64,000 nucleotides of DNA, taken from Cyanidioschyzon merolae. Lineage: Eukaryota. Shown here piece after piece: positions 44,293 through 54,799 of the stretch. The stretch lies in NCBI GenBank assembly GCA_000091205.1, contig AP006489.2; one strand, written 5' to 3'. Both the position numbers and the translations under genes were made by a program. Position 1 is the stretch's first letter, and each line of letters starts with the position of its first letter. Below the pieces are notes generated by a model, which saw only the letters and a list, made by a program, of their open reading frames with translations, was not told the origin of the DNA and did no database searches.

Positions 44293-44586
44293 ATGCTCCC
44301 GGTCGGACTTGTCCGCGGTGCCGTTGGTCAGCAAGTCACTGTGGAGCTGAAAAATGGAAAGCACTGCACTGGCGTTTTAACTGGTGTTGATCCGTGGATG
44401 AACTTGAACTTGGAGAGCGCACGAGTAACTGGGGCTTCACGGGCCGCGACAACGGACTCGGTCGAGCAAGCGGCTTCCTATGCTGCGCTCCATATCCGTG
44501 GAACAATGATCAAGCTCGTGCAACTTCCGAGCAAAAGCTGGGAGTATGCACAGGATGAGCGCAAGCCACGGCAGCTCCGCGAGTAG
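44293..44586 (+). CDS. Sm-like protein (LSm2/SmD1-type Sm fold)
   Basis: 'MLPVGLVRGAVGQQVTVELKNGKHCTGVLTGVDPWMNLNLESARV...LHIRGTMIKLVQLP' carries Sm1/Sm2 motifs (compare LSm2 'LVDQEVVVELKNDIEICGTLQSVDQFLNLKLDNI...IFIRGSTVRYVYL' and SmD1 '[27 protein letters not shown]...LSIRGNNIRYFILP'). ATG at 44293; the track ORF starts earlier at 44059. Confidence 0.75.
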   Translation: MLPVGLVRGAVGQQVTVELKNGKHCTGVLTGVDPWMNLNLESARVTGASRAATTDSVEQAASYAALHIRGTMIKLVQLPSKSWEYAQDERKPRQLRE

Positions 44587-45562
44587 CCGCTCGAGAGCGT
44601 CCTGGTCAGAGCCGTCTGCTAAAATTCGTAGTGTACCTCTGGAAGCGAATTTGATACGGTTTATGTTCGAGGAGAAGCTGCTCCAAACCGTACAAGAACA
44701 CGGTGTGGTAGCTGTGGTGTCCACAGAAGCGAAGGTTGCTACGACTTGAGATGTTTTAGGTGGAATAGCCTACCATCATATCTACAGGTAGCATTTTTAT
44801 GGGGTACAGCGCAAGCCTTGCGCATATGTATGTGGTAAACTGACGCGAGGTCTGGAATTGTGCCATGGCATTGCCTGGGAATACGAAGACGCTCATTCGA
44901 CTCCATTTAAATTTCAGAGGCAACAAGTAATGTATGCGCGCTTCTTCCATACCACGGGGGCCCTAGAGGCAGATCCATCTATGCTTCCTGCCTGCCTGCC
45001 TGGCTGCCTGCCATTTTCTCTACCTACGTGCAGTTTTCGCGTTCCACAGGAATGAGGTGCGTGTATCTCTGACCTCCTCTGGAGGAGATTGCAATATGCT
45101 TGCCAGCCAGTGCTCCAAATATCCGAACGAAGACGCGCTGACTCGAGAAGCAAGTAGAGCGCTTTTAGGTTATCGGGTATCTGCGTCTCAGCTTCGCGAT
45201 CGTGAAGTTCATTCACCAGGTTCCCCATTTCCTATGTACATTCTCTCGTTCATGTGCGTAGCCACGACATGACCAGGAGATATCGCCTGCAGCGGCCCTT
45301 CAAGTGCAGTTCACAAACCACATGCTATTTGGCGCTCGAAGCATGCCGCTGCAAAACAACAGTTGCAAATGCAGAATCCAAACTTCTATCTCGACATGCC
45401 ATGTGCTTTGTTCGATGCATTCCATAGCGCCTATTGAGGAATATTGCAAGGTACTCTGCCATTTGCGAGCTGTCGCACCAGCAACATTCCGAACTGTACA
45501 GCTCCGGTGCGCTTCTCACAACCGCGTCATTTTCCTCCCGCTCTGATGGGCTGCGTACGCGA

Positions 45563-45931
45563 CTAAAATTCTCTTGACACCGCGAAAGTCGGAACCAGAG
45601 ATTCGAGACCTCGAACAGCGCCCAAGTTTTGCGGTGCCGCTGCAGACGGTGCTGCCGTGCGACCTCGCACTGGGGCCGGAGGCAGCACGCCCGCCAAACC
45701 CAGCAGCTTAGCGACGCGCTCAGACGGCTGGGCGCCCACGGACAGCCAGTACTGAGTTCTTTTCACGTCGAACTGAACGAGCTTCGCCCCTCGAATTACC
45801 CGCGGGTTGTAGGTTCCGACGTGCTCGAGGAAGCGGCCGTCGCGTGGTGCTCGCGAGTCCGCCACCACGATACGGAACACCGCCGCGTGTCGACGCCCAT
45901 GCCTCGCAAGACGTATGCGGACTGGACTCAT
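45563..45931 (-). CDS. MRPS16: Mitochondrial ribosomal protein bS16m (MRPS16)
   Basis: 'VRIRLARHGRRHAAVFRIVVADSRAPRDGRFLEHVGTYNP...QYWLSVGAQPSERVAKLL' matches the bS16 signature ('IRLAR.G.K..P.YRIVVADSR.PRDGRFIE.VG.YNP...YWL.VGAQPS'). Confidence 0.85.
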   Translation of the reverse strand: MSPVRIRLARHGRRHAAVFRIVVADSRAPRDGRFLEHVGTYNPRVIRGAKLVQFDVKRTQYWLSVGAQPSERVAKLLGLAGVLPPAPVRGRTAAPSAAAPQNLGAVRGLESLVPTFAVSREF

Positions 45932-47386
45932 GCGCTCCACAGCGTTCAGTTCTGGCGATAAGCTACGTAGGAGCGTCTATAGCACGGCTGCTCTGAAGCT
46001 GCGGCTGATTCGGGCAATACGCATCCAGGATGCTTCGAGGGCGCGCGTGCTATGTTCTGCCCCGTATCCCTTTATTTCTGTACCTAAATGTACAAGAGGG
46101 ACACAGTGCCAAGGTGACACTTTCCGCTCGACCATTGCCGACACTTGTCCCGATGCTCCTGAACAGTAGATTCGTGCAACTTCCACGGATCAACGTGTCC
46201 CCTGCAGTTGCACTTCAACGAGCCGCTGTGTATTTTGTGGTCACGCTCTCGGAAATCCGTGATTTTTGCGCTACTTCGCGAGTGCCAGGTACTCCTGGTG
46301 CAAACGCGAATGCGAACAGCACCAGCAGGGAATAGCAACCGACACTTATTCATGCAGCGGCAATGAACAGTGCAGCCTGGTGTAGAATCCTGCATGGCCG
46401 CCCTGCATGCAACGGGTGGAATGCCGTGTCGGAGGCCAGCCATGACCTTTGCCTGTTTCGTGCCCACATTTCAGGTTCGGACAGTCTAGGCAGACGAGTT
46501 CGAGGCCTTGCGAGCCATGGACCAAAAGGTGAAGGTACTGCAGCATGCCCTTCTCAGTGGTGGTTACGCTGGGAACATGATGCAAGCGGCATCGGCGGCG
46601 GCCACTTTTATCGGCCCTGGACGCACGAGCAATGAGCGATGCGATGCTTCAGTACGCAAAATTCATCATGAAACAGCATCTTTAGAGGATCCCTGCAGCG
46701 CCCGTGGATTCCTCGAACTTTTGACGCTGGCTGCGGGCTTCGAAAAGAAGAATGGATGCAGCAGCAGCGGCGTTCAAGGATTCTGTGCTAGATTCCAGAG
46801 CAACTGAAACTGTATGTGTAGGGCTTGAGCTCTCGTGCGAAGCATGTGGAGCGAGTAACCACGAGAAGCGTGTGCAAGACCTGATTGCTTTGCTCACAAA
46901 TGGAACGGAATCCCTCCGCAGTACAGAAGCCGCACATGGACAAGCCGAACTGGTCTGTCGGCTCACGCAAAGACAGGATAGACACGATGTATTGAGGCGA
47001 ATTTCAGGGCTCCTGCGAAATACACAAAGGCCGTAGTTCGAAAATACAATAAATTGCTGCGTTCATCCAGAACGACTCTCCCGAAGATCCTCTTCCGGAA
47101 CCCTCTCGAACCGTTTCTAGATGTTAGTAACCTGAACCCTTGAGATGCATCCAACGATGTGGCCATGTGCGAGTAGAGCAAAGTTCGCAGAGCCTGATGT
47201 GTCGTTGACCAGCGGACTACCGTAGTCTACGAGGTGGAAATCGAAGCAGCGCCTCACCAATGTTAAGTCATAAATGATCGCTCAGGTATACGCCCATTCA
47301 AATCAGAGAAGATAGCTCATCCATGAAACGCGTGCACAAAAGAAAAGATTCTTCCAAATATTTGCTGCCAGAACGCGATGTCTATA

Positions 47387-49789
47387 TTAATCACAAAGAT
47401 CAACAACGATCGTGTCCGCCAGACAACCGGAGTTCTCAGTACGATCATGCCAGCTGCTGTTATTTTGAAGCGTTTGTGACTTTCGCTCAGAGAACGGCTC
47501 GAACGAAATGGCCCGCTCGCATTTCATGCTGGCTCGCAAGGCAGACGGCTCCGACTCAGCCGCCATTGTATGCATAAACGTCCCATCTGGAAGGACGTCA
47601 ATGAACTCCTCTTCTGGATGCGCGAATTCTAGGGCCTTTCGAAAGAACTCGCAGACCTGTAGCATGTGCAGCGGGGCCGGCTTGTTCGTCACTGGGCAGA
47701 TGAATCGCTTCGTTAAGCGACTCATTTCAATATAACTGATCGCGTCGAAGCACTGAAGCTGCGTACTGCCCCGGACTCGAACTGGTATTTTGATCCGTGT
47801 TCGACTGAGCGGACATAATAGCGAAATCCGCACCGATTCAATGTCAAGATCATCATCGCCGGCCTGGACGGCTGGGCACAAAATTGCTCTCGCCTTTTCA
47901 GCTGAAGGTCGCTTCCGGGCAAGGACGCGTTCTAGTTCGAATTCTACGGAGAATAAGTGCGCAGATTGTACAACGAAAACGTAGAACTTCTCTGCCGGCC
48001 ACGGACAGACGTGCTCTTCTAAACTTTGGTTAATATCGAGCCGTAGTAAAAGCGTTCGACCCCCTGTCCCCAACTGAACTTCTTTCCGGTATGCTTTTTG
48101 AATGGGAAGTGTAAGATCCACATATTGTGCTGCTTTCTTGATATCCACACTATGTAGCTGTGACGAACTCGAGGACTGCAAACTAAGCCACGCACGGCAA
48201 GAGGCTGGAAAAGCGCAGTCCCATGATGAAATTCGCCTATTAGAGACTTCAAAGCAACGCAAAACAATCGCCGTTCGGAGACTCGGCATTTTGGGGAGCA
48301 TTTTGTCCAGTGGTACCGGAACAGAAAATTCCAGAGATGTTGGGAGCCCTCGTGTCAGCTTCTTGCAGAACGTACGGTCCGTGGTGAAATCATTCTGCCT
48401 GGTATCAAATGATATGTTGTCCACAAGAGACAGAAATGACTGAATGCTCTCATCGCAACCAGATCGAGCGTTTTGTGCTTCCAAGGCAAGTGCCATGACA
48501 TCATCCGTCCATAATCTGCTGAAGGAATCTGCTTGATTTGCAGTGCCTCTTGGATTCCTCATAACCCCGGGAGCTTGCGAATTCGCCAGGGTGCGTTCCA
48601 GAGGATTCATAGGCATCTCCTGCGTGATGCCGGTGCTCTGCACATGCTGCACGGCAGCCATGGTTTCGTGGATACGGTGCAAATGGGCACCGTTCAACTG
48701 CGATGTCTCCGAGCGGCCTTCCTCGACTTCGCCAGAAGTGCCGTATCGATCGATCGGAACAAGCACACCGTTTCGAATGCAAAATCTCGAAGAACGCAGC
48801 CGCCTCGGTGTCCATCGAGGTGGTAATTCGGATGGATGCGGATGCGGAGCCAGCCAACTGATCGCCGTGAACGGCGGACGGATGAAGGCATCCTCGGTAA
48901 ACCCTCGACGTTCCTCACTCGCACCTCTGTGTAGAATCTGGACTCGCTCAGCGTTGGCTGTGAGCAGTGCATCTTCTGTCACGCAAAGACGTCCGACAGT
49001 GGACGAATCTGCACCGTCAGCGACTTTCAGAACGAGGCTCAGCAAAGTAGCCGCATTTGTGCCTCGACGATGCTGCACATTCAGCATGATCCCGATATCC
49101 ACGACACGCTCTTTGGTGAACTTACCAAAAACCTCCATCCGCCCACGAAGCGAAACGTCTGGGCTCCATCCCTGGTGGGTTAAAATTGCCCTAACTGCCT
49201 CCGAGGGATTCGTTCCTCCGTAACCCACCATTTTGGCGAGGAGCCAAAAGCTTGTGAACACAGGAGGCCTTGACCAGAGCTGCAAGATTCGAGTCAAGTT
49301 CTCGGCACCAAAGCATCTCTCGGCCAAAAACCCTCCAGAAGGTGTTGCTCGCGAGAACGGCCTACCAAGTAGGCGTTCTGAACCTGCTGGGCTTTGCGTC
49401 TCGCAAGCGAACCCACTGGGCACAGAAAGAGAACTAAAGGAACCCCTGATTCCATCAGGTGCCTCCTGTGAATGGTCAGCTGAGCAGTCCTGGAAAGACT
49501 CCCGCTCCAGACCGAAACTCGACAGCGCGCTCATAGGATAGTGGTCACCTCCTGGGGTACCGTTTCCTGACTGCCCCGCCATGGCATCAGCGAGCAAGTT
49601 ATTGTTCGCCGTGAGCACGAGGAGCTCCTCTGCACTGAGGTCAGCTTGAAGGTCCAGTTCTCCGATATCAACGTCCATCAGCACGGCGTTTACGACTATA
49701 GCTGCGAAGCTAGAAGCCTTTTTTTGACGTGCACCAATTTTAGGCTGTGACAGTGACCGGCCAGTGATGCTTGCCGGAATCGGTAGCAC
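47387..49789 (-). CDS. PIAS/Siz-type SP-RING (MIZ zinc finger) E3 SUMO ligase
   Basis: The C-terminal 'LLCPLSRTRIKIPVRVRGSTQLQCFDAISYIEMSRLTKRFICPVTNKPAPLHMLQVCEFF' fits the SP-RING consensus 'L.CP......P.R...C.H.QCFD...............CPVC'. 800 aa with a low-complexity centre. The ORF begins with a GTG; the first ATG is at 49678, so the 5' structure is uncertain. Confidence 0.75.
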   Translation of the reverse strand: MLPIPASITGRSLSQPKIGARQKKASSFAAIVVNAVLMDVDIGELDLQADLSAEELLVLTANNNLLADAMAGQSGNGTPGGDHYPMSALSSFGLERESFQDCSADHSQEAPDGIRGSFSSLSVPSGFACETQSPAGSERLLGRPFSRATPSGGFLAERCFGAENLTRILQLWSRPPVFTSFWLLAKMVGYGGTNPSEAVRAILTHQGWSPDVSLRGRMEVFGKFTKERVVDIGIMLNVQHRRGTNAATLLSLVLKVADGADSSTVGRLCVTEDALLTANAERVQILHRGASEERRGFTEDAFIRPPFTAISWLAPHPHPSELPPRWTPRRLRSSRFCIRNGVLVPIDRYGTSGEVEEGRSETSQLNGAHLHRIHETMAAVQHVQSTGITQEMPMNPLERTLANSQAPGVMRNPRGTANQADSFSRLWTDDVMALALEAQNARSGCDESIQSFLSLVDNISFDTRQNDFTTDRTFCKKLTRGLPTSLEFSVPVPLDKMLPKMPSLRTAIVLRCFEVSNRRISSWDCAFPASCRAWLSLQSSSSSQLHSVDIKKAAQYVDLTLPIQKAYRKEVQLGTGGRTLLLRLDINQSLEEHVCPWPAEKFYVFVVQSAHLFSVEFELERVLARKRPSAEKARAILCPAVQAGDDDLDIESVRISLLCPLSRTRIKIPVRVRGSTQLQCFDAISYIEMSRLTKRFICPVTNKPAPLHMLQVCEFFRKALEFAHPEEEFIDVLPDGTFMHTMAAESEPSALRASMKCERAISFEPFSERKSQTLQNNSSWHDRTENSGCLADTIVVDLCD

Positions 49790-49974
49790 TACATCGTGTT
49801 ATCAGAACTGTAAACGCCGGTTGTTCCGGGTAGAGTACTGGAACGATCCCGAGGACTGCTGAAGTTTGATCATTGACCAGAAGCTTGCGCTTTCGAGTTC
49901 ATACGCTAGGCGCTCTCGTAGTGGTGTGAGTTAAGGCGATTCTGGAAGAAGGTATCTTTGTACTTCCGTTCACT

Positions 49975-51036
49975 ATGCGAGTCGTAAGTTTTCCACGTTC
50001 GAGTGGCTCTGCCTTGCGGAAACGCACGGAAGCTTTCGCTGGCTTGCTGAGCTACCCATGGTGCCAGCACTCAGCTCTGGAACTATACAGTCGGCAAAAA
50101 GTTTTGAACACCAGGCGATTGAGCTTCCTCGACTCTGGGATGTGCTTATTTGCTGGCGTCCGGACGTTTCGTTCCAATTTCTTAGCGTCTGAGTTGCGCT
50201 TGGCGCGAGCAACACACTTAAATTTGGATTTATGGAGGCGCAACTCTAGTTTACTGCGAAAAACGCACGTTCAATACCGACAAGCTAGCGGTCGCGGTCG
50301 GGGGCCAAGCACGGCCGACTCGTCTGATGTGCGGAAACGGAACTTGAATTTTCTTGCGTGGAGCCTCTCTGCCGCGATATGTACAGTTGGACTCTCATAC
50401 GCATCCGTGCCTTTGTATAGAATGTTTTGTCAAGTTACTGGATACGGAGGCACTGTACAGACGGAAACTGAAGAGTATGAGAATCGATGGAGCGCGCTCC
50501 AATCATCACCAAGCGCTGAAGGGGATACTCGTTCCGAATCCTCAGCGCCGGAGCCGAGCGCGAGTAGTCGCACAAAATCCTCACATCGCCGGGAACGAAT
50601 GCGTATTCGACAAGACGCAAGACCTATTACGATCCGCTTCAATGCGGACGTGAATGCTGCCATGCCGATCACTTTCGTGCCACGTCAGTCGATAGTGCAC
50701 GTTGTACCCGGGGAGGCTGCGCTAGCCTTTTATACCGCACAAAATCAGGCTAATGAAGATGTTGTCGGAATCGCCACCTACAACGTAGTGCCCGCGAAGG
50801 CGGGAGTCTACTTCAACAAGATTCAGTGCTTCTGCTTCGAGGAACAGCGTTTTAAGGCAGGCGAAAAAATCGATATGCCTGTCCTTTTTTTCATTGACCG
50901 CGAATTCAGTGATGATCCTCGCATGGTAGACGTAGATACGATTATCCTCTCGTACACATTCTTCCGAGCGCAGGATGTTTCTCCTGAATTTCTGGCGGAA
51001 CAACAGCGTCAAGCAATCGGGCTCGCAACGAGTTGA
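49975..51036 (+). CDS. COX11: Cytochrome c oxidase copper chaperone COX11 (CtaG family)
   Basis: The TM segment reads 'LSAAICTVGLSYASVPLYRMFCQVTGYGGT'. The copper-binding 'YFNKIQCFCFEEQ' carries the CFCF motif, followed by 'ILSYTFF'. The N-terminal extension of about 120 aa is consistent with a mitochondrial presequence plus linker. Confidence 0.9.
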   Translation: MRVVSFPRSSGSALRKRTEAFAGLLSYPWCQHSALELYSRQKVLNTRRLSFLDSGMCLFAGVRTFRSNFLASELRLARATHLNLDLWRRNSSLLRKTHVQYRQASGRGRGPSTADSSDVRKRNLNFLAWSLSAAICTVGLSYASVPLYRMFCQVTGYGGTVQTETEEYENRWSALQSSPSAEGDTRSESSAPEPSASSRTKSSHRRERMRIRQDARPITIRFNADVNAAMPITFVPRQSIVHVVPGEAALAFYTAQNQANEDVVGIATYNVVPAKAGVYFNKIQCFCFEEQRFKAGEKIDMPVLFFIDREFSDDPRMVDVDTIILSYTFFRAQDVSPEFLAEQQRQAIGLATS

Positions 51037-51563
51037 GATCTGTGGAGAATGACGCTAGGATGGGAACTTGCTTGATAACCTCTTGACCCTCGAGAAACCC
51101 CAACAGTCTATGTGTAGTGCATGCATGAAGGCAGCTACGAGTTAACGATCAGATGCATCCGTCTGAACCACGACAATCTCTGTTGTGCATTAATGGGAAG
51201 GGCATATGTCGCGAGAAAGACTACCAGTCGCGCTGTAAACCAAGAATTCGCCAGAAGAGGTTTCCCGCGGGATCATTTTCTACGAGTTGACTGTTAGGAT
51301 GTTCCAGATAATCTAGTTGGACCCCATATGCAGACTGGTGGGTAAGCGGTGTCAGTGGAATATTGTCCATGCGAGTCTGCAGCGGTGCTAGATAGGAATC
51401 CAACGGTGGAAACAGGAATTTCAAGAAGCCCAGAACGACAGCGTGCACAGGCGTATTTTCATAAAAGGTGCATCAATCCATGCCCGAGGGCACGAATAGT
51501 GAAGTGCGACGAGAGATCCCAAGCTTGCAGAGAAGTTGCTTGCGCGAAGGGTGTGGATGTTCT

Positions 51564-52094
51564 CTACATTTTTCGGATGCGTCGTTTCTTCTGATCGACT
51601 ACCCGCCTTGGGGCAACTGCAGAAGTGCGTTGCATGTCGGGCCGTGCTGTTGCGTTCGCAATAAATGGTAGAAACGATCCCACTCCAAACGTAGTCTGCA
51701 AGGGAGCAATTTGTCTGGCCTGAGGCGAGGTGGGAAGAGTCTCTGTTGCAGCGGCCGCCGCTGAAACACTTGCGCTCACTACTTCCCCAGATTCGGGATC
51801 GTTTATGTCCGGACGACCAGAAAACCCTTCAGAGCTTTCGCGGCTAGGGAGTAGCAAATCTTCGGGAAGGTCGTCCTCCGTCGAAAGGTGCAAAACTATG
51901 TCTTCCAACTCGGAGAGGTAACGGACGAAATTAAACGAGTCTCCATCTGCTGTCTCGAGTGACTTGCCCTCATCGTCCAAAACAGCGCTCGCATCGAGCT
52001 CCAACGCTCCTGACGGAAGACGAAGAGCTGCAAAAAGTGCGTCCAAGCACTCCTCTTCGTAGGCAGCTGCACCACCGCGTTGTCCGGAACTCAT
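51564..52094 (-). CDS. Possible small acidic protein (hypothetical)
   Basis: ORF between COX11 and the aminotransferase gene, with an acidic, S/E/D-rich composition and an internal ATG at 52094. No homology recognised, and it could be spurious. Confidence 0.2.
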   Translation of the reverse strand: MSSGQRGGAAAYEEECLDALFAALRLPSGALELDASAVLDDEGKSLETADGDSFNFVRYLSELEDIVLHLSTEDDLPEDLLLPSRESSEGFSGRPDINDPESGEVVSASVSAAAAATETLPTSPQARQIAPLQTTFGVGSFLPFIANATARPDMQRTSAVAPRRVVDQKKRRIRKM

Positions 52095-52327
52095 ACAGAG
52101 CACCAGTGGAAAGCAAGACTTTCTCTCAATTGAAGACGATTTCAACCAATACGCGCATATCAAAGACCTTCCAGTTATATTTCTACGTGTACTCGGGTAA
52201 CCACAACGTCACCGTGACGAATGACGTACCACTCCGGCAATAGAGAATAGATTTAGCGTTCTTGCATCTCAACACCAGACGCTGCGACAAAACACGTGGT
52301 GATTCTGGGACTGTCTTCCGTGGCGGT

Positions 52328-53716
52328 ATGTTTCTGGCAGAGGCCGTGTTTCGGATACGACAACAGTCAAAAACGATCTCGTACTCAGCACGTCACGAAA
52401 ACAGTTGCGTACAAGGCTTGAAGCTAACTTCAGAGAAACCTGAGGCACGGTCAACTGTGGCGGCACTCTCAAGAAGGGTTTGGAGCCTCCGCGACGAGGG
52501 CGCATACTCAATTCTCGAGCGAGCAAACCATTTAGACAGGCATGCAACAAGCACCGCAGACAAGATTATCCACTTGGAAATAGGTCAGCCTTCAGCTGCG
52601 CCTCCGCAACACGTCGTTGACGCACTTATCAACGCTGTCCAAAGTGGAGAAACGAAGTACACAGACCCGGCTGGCACGCTGAAGCTTCGCGAAGCCATAT
52701 GTGCCTACATTGAAAGAACGCACCAGCTAAAACACGGCACCCTGAGTCCTAATATGGTCGTCGTTGGCCCAGGAGCGAAACCGGGAATAGCTCTCTCGTG
52801 TCTGGCGCTTTTGGAACCTGGTGACGAGGTTCTCGTTCCAGACCCGGGGTTTCCAGCGTATCGAGCACTGATTGAGGTATGTGGAGCTCGCGCTGTAACC
52901 TATACTGTGTCATCAGAGTTTGGATTGCTCGATCCAGCGGAAATCTCTGCTAAAATCACGCAGAAAACGAAGCTTTTGATCCTGAACTCTCCGAGCAATC
53001 CGACCGGTGGTGTTTTATCCCCAAAGACTTTAAAGGAACTGGAACATGTTCTAAAGAGTTGCGGCAGCGATATATGGATTTTATCTGATGAGATATATGC
53101 GCGATGGTTCTACGAAGACAGACAGATCGATGATGAGGCTGCAGGACACGTATCAATCTTTTGTGACGATGAACTTCGATCTCGAACTATCCTCATCGAT
53201 GGCCTTTCCAAGTCATTCTCAATGACCGGGTTTCGCATCGGGTACGCAGTCGCTCCGGCGTTCCTTGCGGAGCGGCTCCGGCTCCTTGCAGTGCATATCT
53301 ATGGATGCGTCGCGAACTTCACCCAAAGCGCGGCTACGACGGCTTTTGTTGAACAGGAAAAGAGTGATGCATATATTCGGAGTCTGATCGAAATGTATCG
53401 AAGGAACAGAGATCTAACTTACGAAACGCTCTCCATCATGAAGGGGTGCTATCTGGCGAAACCTCAGGGTGCTTTCTACGCATGGCTAGATGTATCCGCG
53501 TACGGGATACCGACACCAGATTTGGCGCGGTACTTGTTGGAACACGGCAGAGTAGCTGTTCTCCCGGGAACGGATTTCGGATCTCAGGGAGAGGGATTTT
53601 TGCGGATCAGTTTTGTATGCGATCAGGCCGAGCTACGCGAAGGCCTTGGAAGGTTGGATATTGCCCTGCGAAAAATCGCTCCATCAGGAATACAGCAGAA
53701 ACTCAAACAAAATTAG
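52328..53716 (+). CDS. PLP-dependent class-I aminotransferase (aspartate/aromatic aminotransferase-like)
   Basis: 'LILNSPSNPTGGVLS' and 'DGLSKSFSMTGFRIGYAVAP' (the PLP lysine lies in the SKSF context) are fold-type I signatures. The bacterial-AspB-like core reads 'IHLEIGQPSAAPPQHVVDALINAVQSGETKYTDPAGTLKLREAI'. ATG at 52328; the track ORF begins at a TTG at 52262. The N-terminus is presequence-like. Confidence 0.85.
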   Translation: MFLAEAVFRIRQQSKTISYSARHENSCVQGLKLTSEKPEARSTVAALSRRVWSLRDEGAYSILERANHLDRHATSTADKIIHLEIGQPSAAPPQHVVDALINAVQSGETKYTDPAGTLKLREAICAYIERTHQLKHGTLSPNMVVVGPGAKPGIALSCLALLEPGDEVLVPDPGFPAYRALIEVCGARAVTYTVSSEFGLLDPAEISAKITQKTKLLILNSPSNPTGGVLSPKTLKELEHVLKSCGSDIWILSDEIYARWFYEDRQIDDEAAGHVSIFCDDELRSRTILIDGLSKSFSMTGFRIGYAVAPAFLAERLRLLAVHIYGCVANFTQSAATTAFVEQEKSDAYIRSLIEMYRRNRDLTYETLSIMKGCYLAKPQGAFYAWLDVSAYGIPTPDLARYLLEHGRVAVLPGTDFGSQGEGFLRISFVCDQAELREGLGRLDIALRKIAPSGIQQKLKQN

Positions 53717-53869
53717 ATTTGCAGCAAGAAAATGATATTGGGATCTGCTCGACCTTTCGATTAAGTCGCTTTCTGCAACAGAACGACTTCAGCTAGTGAG
53801 GAACGTGCCAAGCTCGTGTATGCGCCAGATGGCACGACACGGTAACGGTTTAGGAAGCCAGCGGTTCCG

Positions 53870-54799
53870 TTAAAGTGTAAGTTTTTGGAAGAATTCGAGC
53901 AAAAATTCGTAGCTGATTAATGCCAAAGCCGTGTTTGGCACGGTGCGCAACATGCTCGGGCCTAGTCCTCGATAGAAGCTGGATATGCCCTCTCTGTAAA
54001 TCATATTCCGAACTAGATGAAACAGACGGATTCGAGGACCCTCAAGTCCGCTTTGCACTCGAGTTCGCAGGACCTCCAATGGAAAACACACAAGCTGGCT
54101 CAATATCGCACTCGTCAGAGAAGCGATGCCCATGTAATAAACTCGCTGTGCCCCTTCACAATCTATCAGACGTCTTAGGTTTTCATACAGAGCGAACTGA
54201 ACGGAAGCAGCGGGGAATCCAGCCATTGATACCAAGGTACCTCGGTAAAGGCCGCCGAGGCCACCTTCCCCGACAATCTCCTGAAGCAGGTTCCGCATGG
54301 TTGGTCGATGGGCCTCCTTAGTTAGTAAATGTATACATTTTGTTTCATCAAGCATCCTGGTAATTGCCCGAGTCCGCATCAGCCACAAAGGATTCGTCAG
54401 CACTGAGGTTAGAGACCATGCTATCCCAGCTGAAGTTGCACACTTCAATGTAAAAAATGTTGTATCATCCGTCTCCGCCGGGTCCATCCAGGCCTTGACG
54501 CTGGAATATATCGTGAAAAAGGAACCTAAAGCGGGTACCAAAGCAAGCGTTGATGGCACGAGGCCTACAAATAAACCGCGAGGCCCTTCGTCATTTAGTA
54601 TCGTGCGCACTGAACTATACAAGCCAGCGTAACGCGTTCGACGATGTGCTTCACGGCGTTCAGCCTGCATTCTCGTCTTTATGACTTCCAGCGGCTGCGT
54701 TAAAGAGGCAGCAATTGCACCGGAGAGGGCACCTGCCAGAGTGTGCAGAGGAGGGGCAGGCGTGGCCTCACTTCGCTCAGCAACAGTGTCAGCTTCCAT
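53870..54799 (-). CDS. Mitochondrial carrier family (SLC25) protein
   Basis: Three repeats each carry the P-x-[DE]-x-x-[KR] signature: 'PLEVIKTRMQ', 'PLWLMRTRAIT' and 'PLEVLRTRVQ'. 309 aa with six predicted TM helices. Confidence 0.85.
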   Translation of the reverse strand: MEADTVAERSEATPAPPLHTLAGALSGAIAASLTQPLEVIKTRMQAERREAHRRTRYAGLYSSVRTILNDEGPRGLFVGLVPSTLALVPALGSFFTIYSSVKAWMDPAETDDTTFFTLKCATSAGIAWSLTSVLTNPLWLMRTRAITRMLDETKCIHLLTKEAHRPTMRNLLQEIVGEGGLGGLYRGTLVSMAGFPAASVQFALYENLRRLIDCEGAQRVYYMGIASLTSAILSQLVCFPLEVLRTRVQSGLEGPRIRLFHLVRNMIYREGISSFYRGLGPSMLRTVPNTALALISYEFLLEFFQKLTL

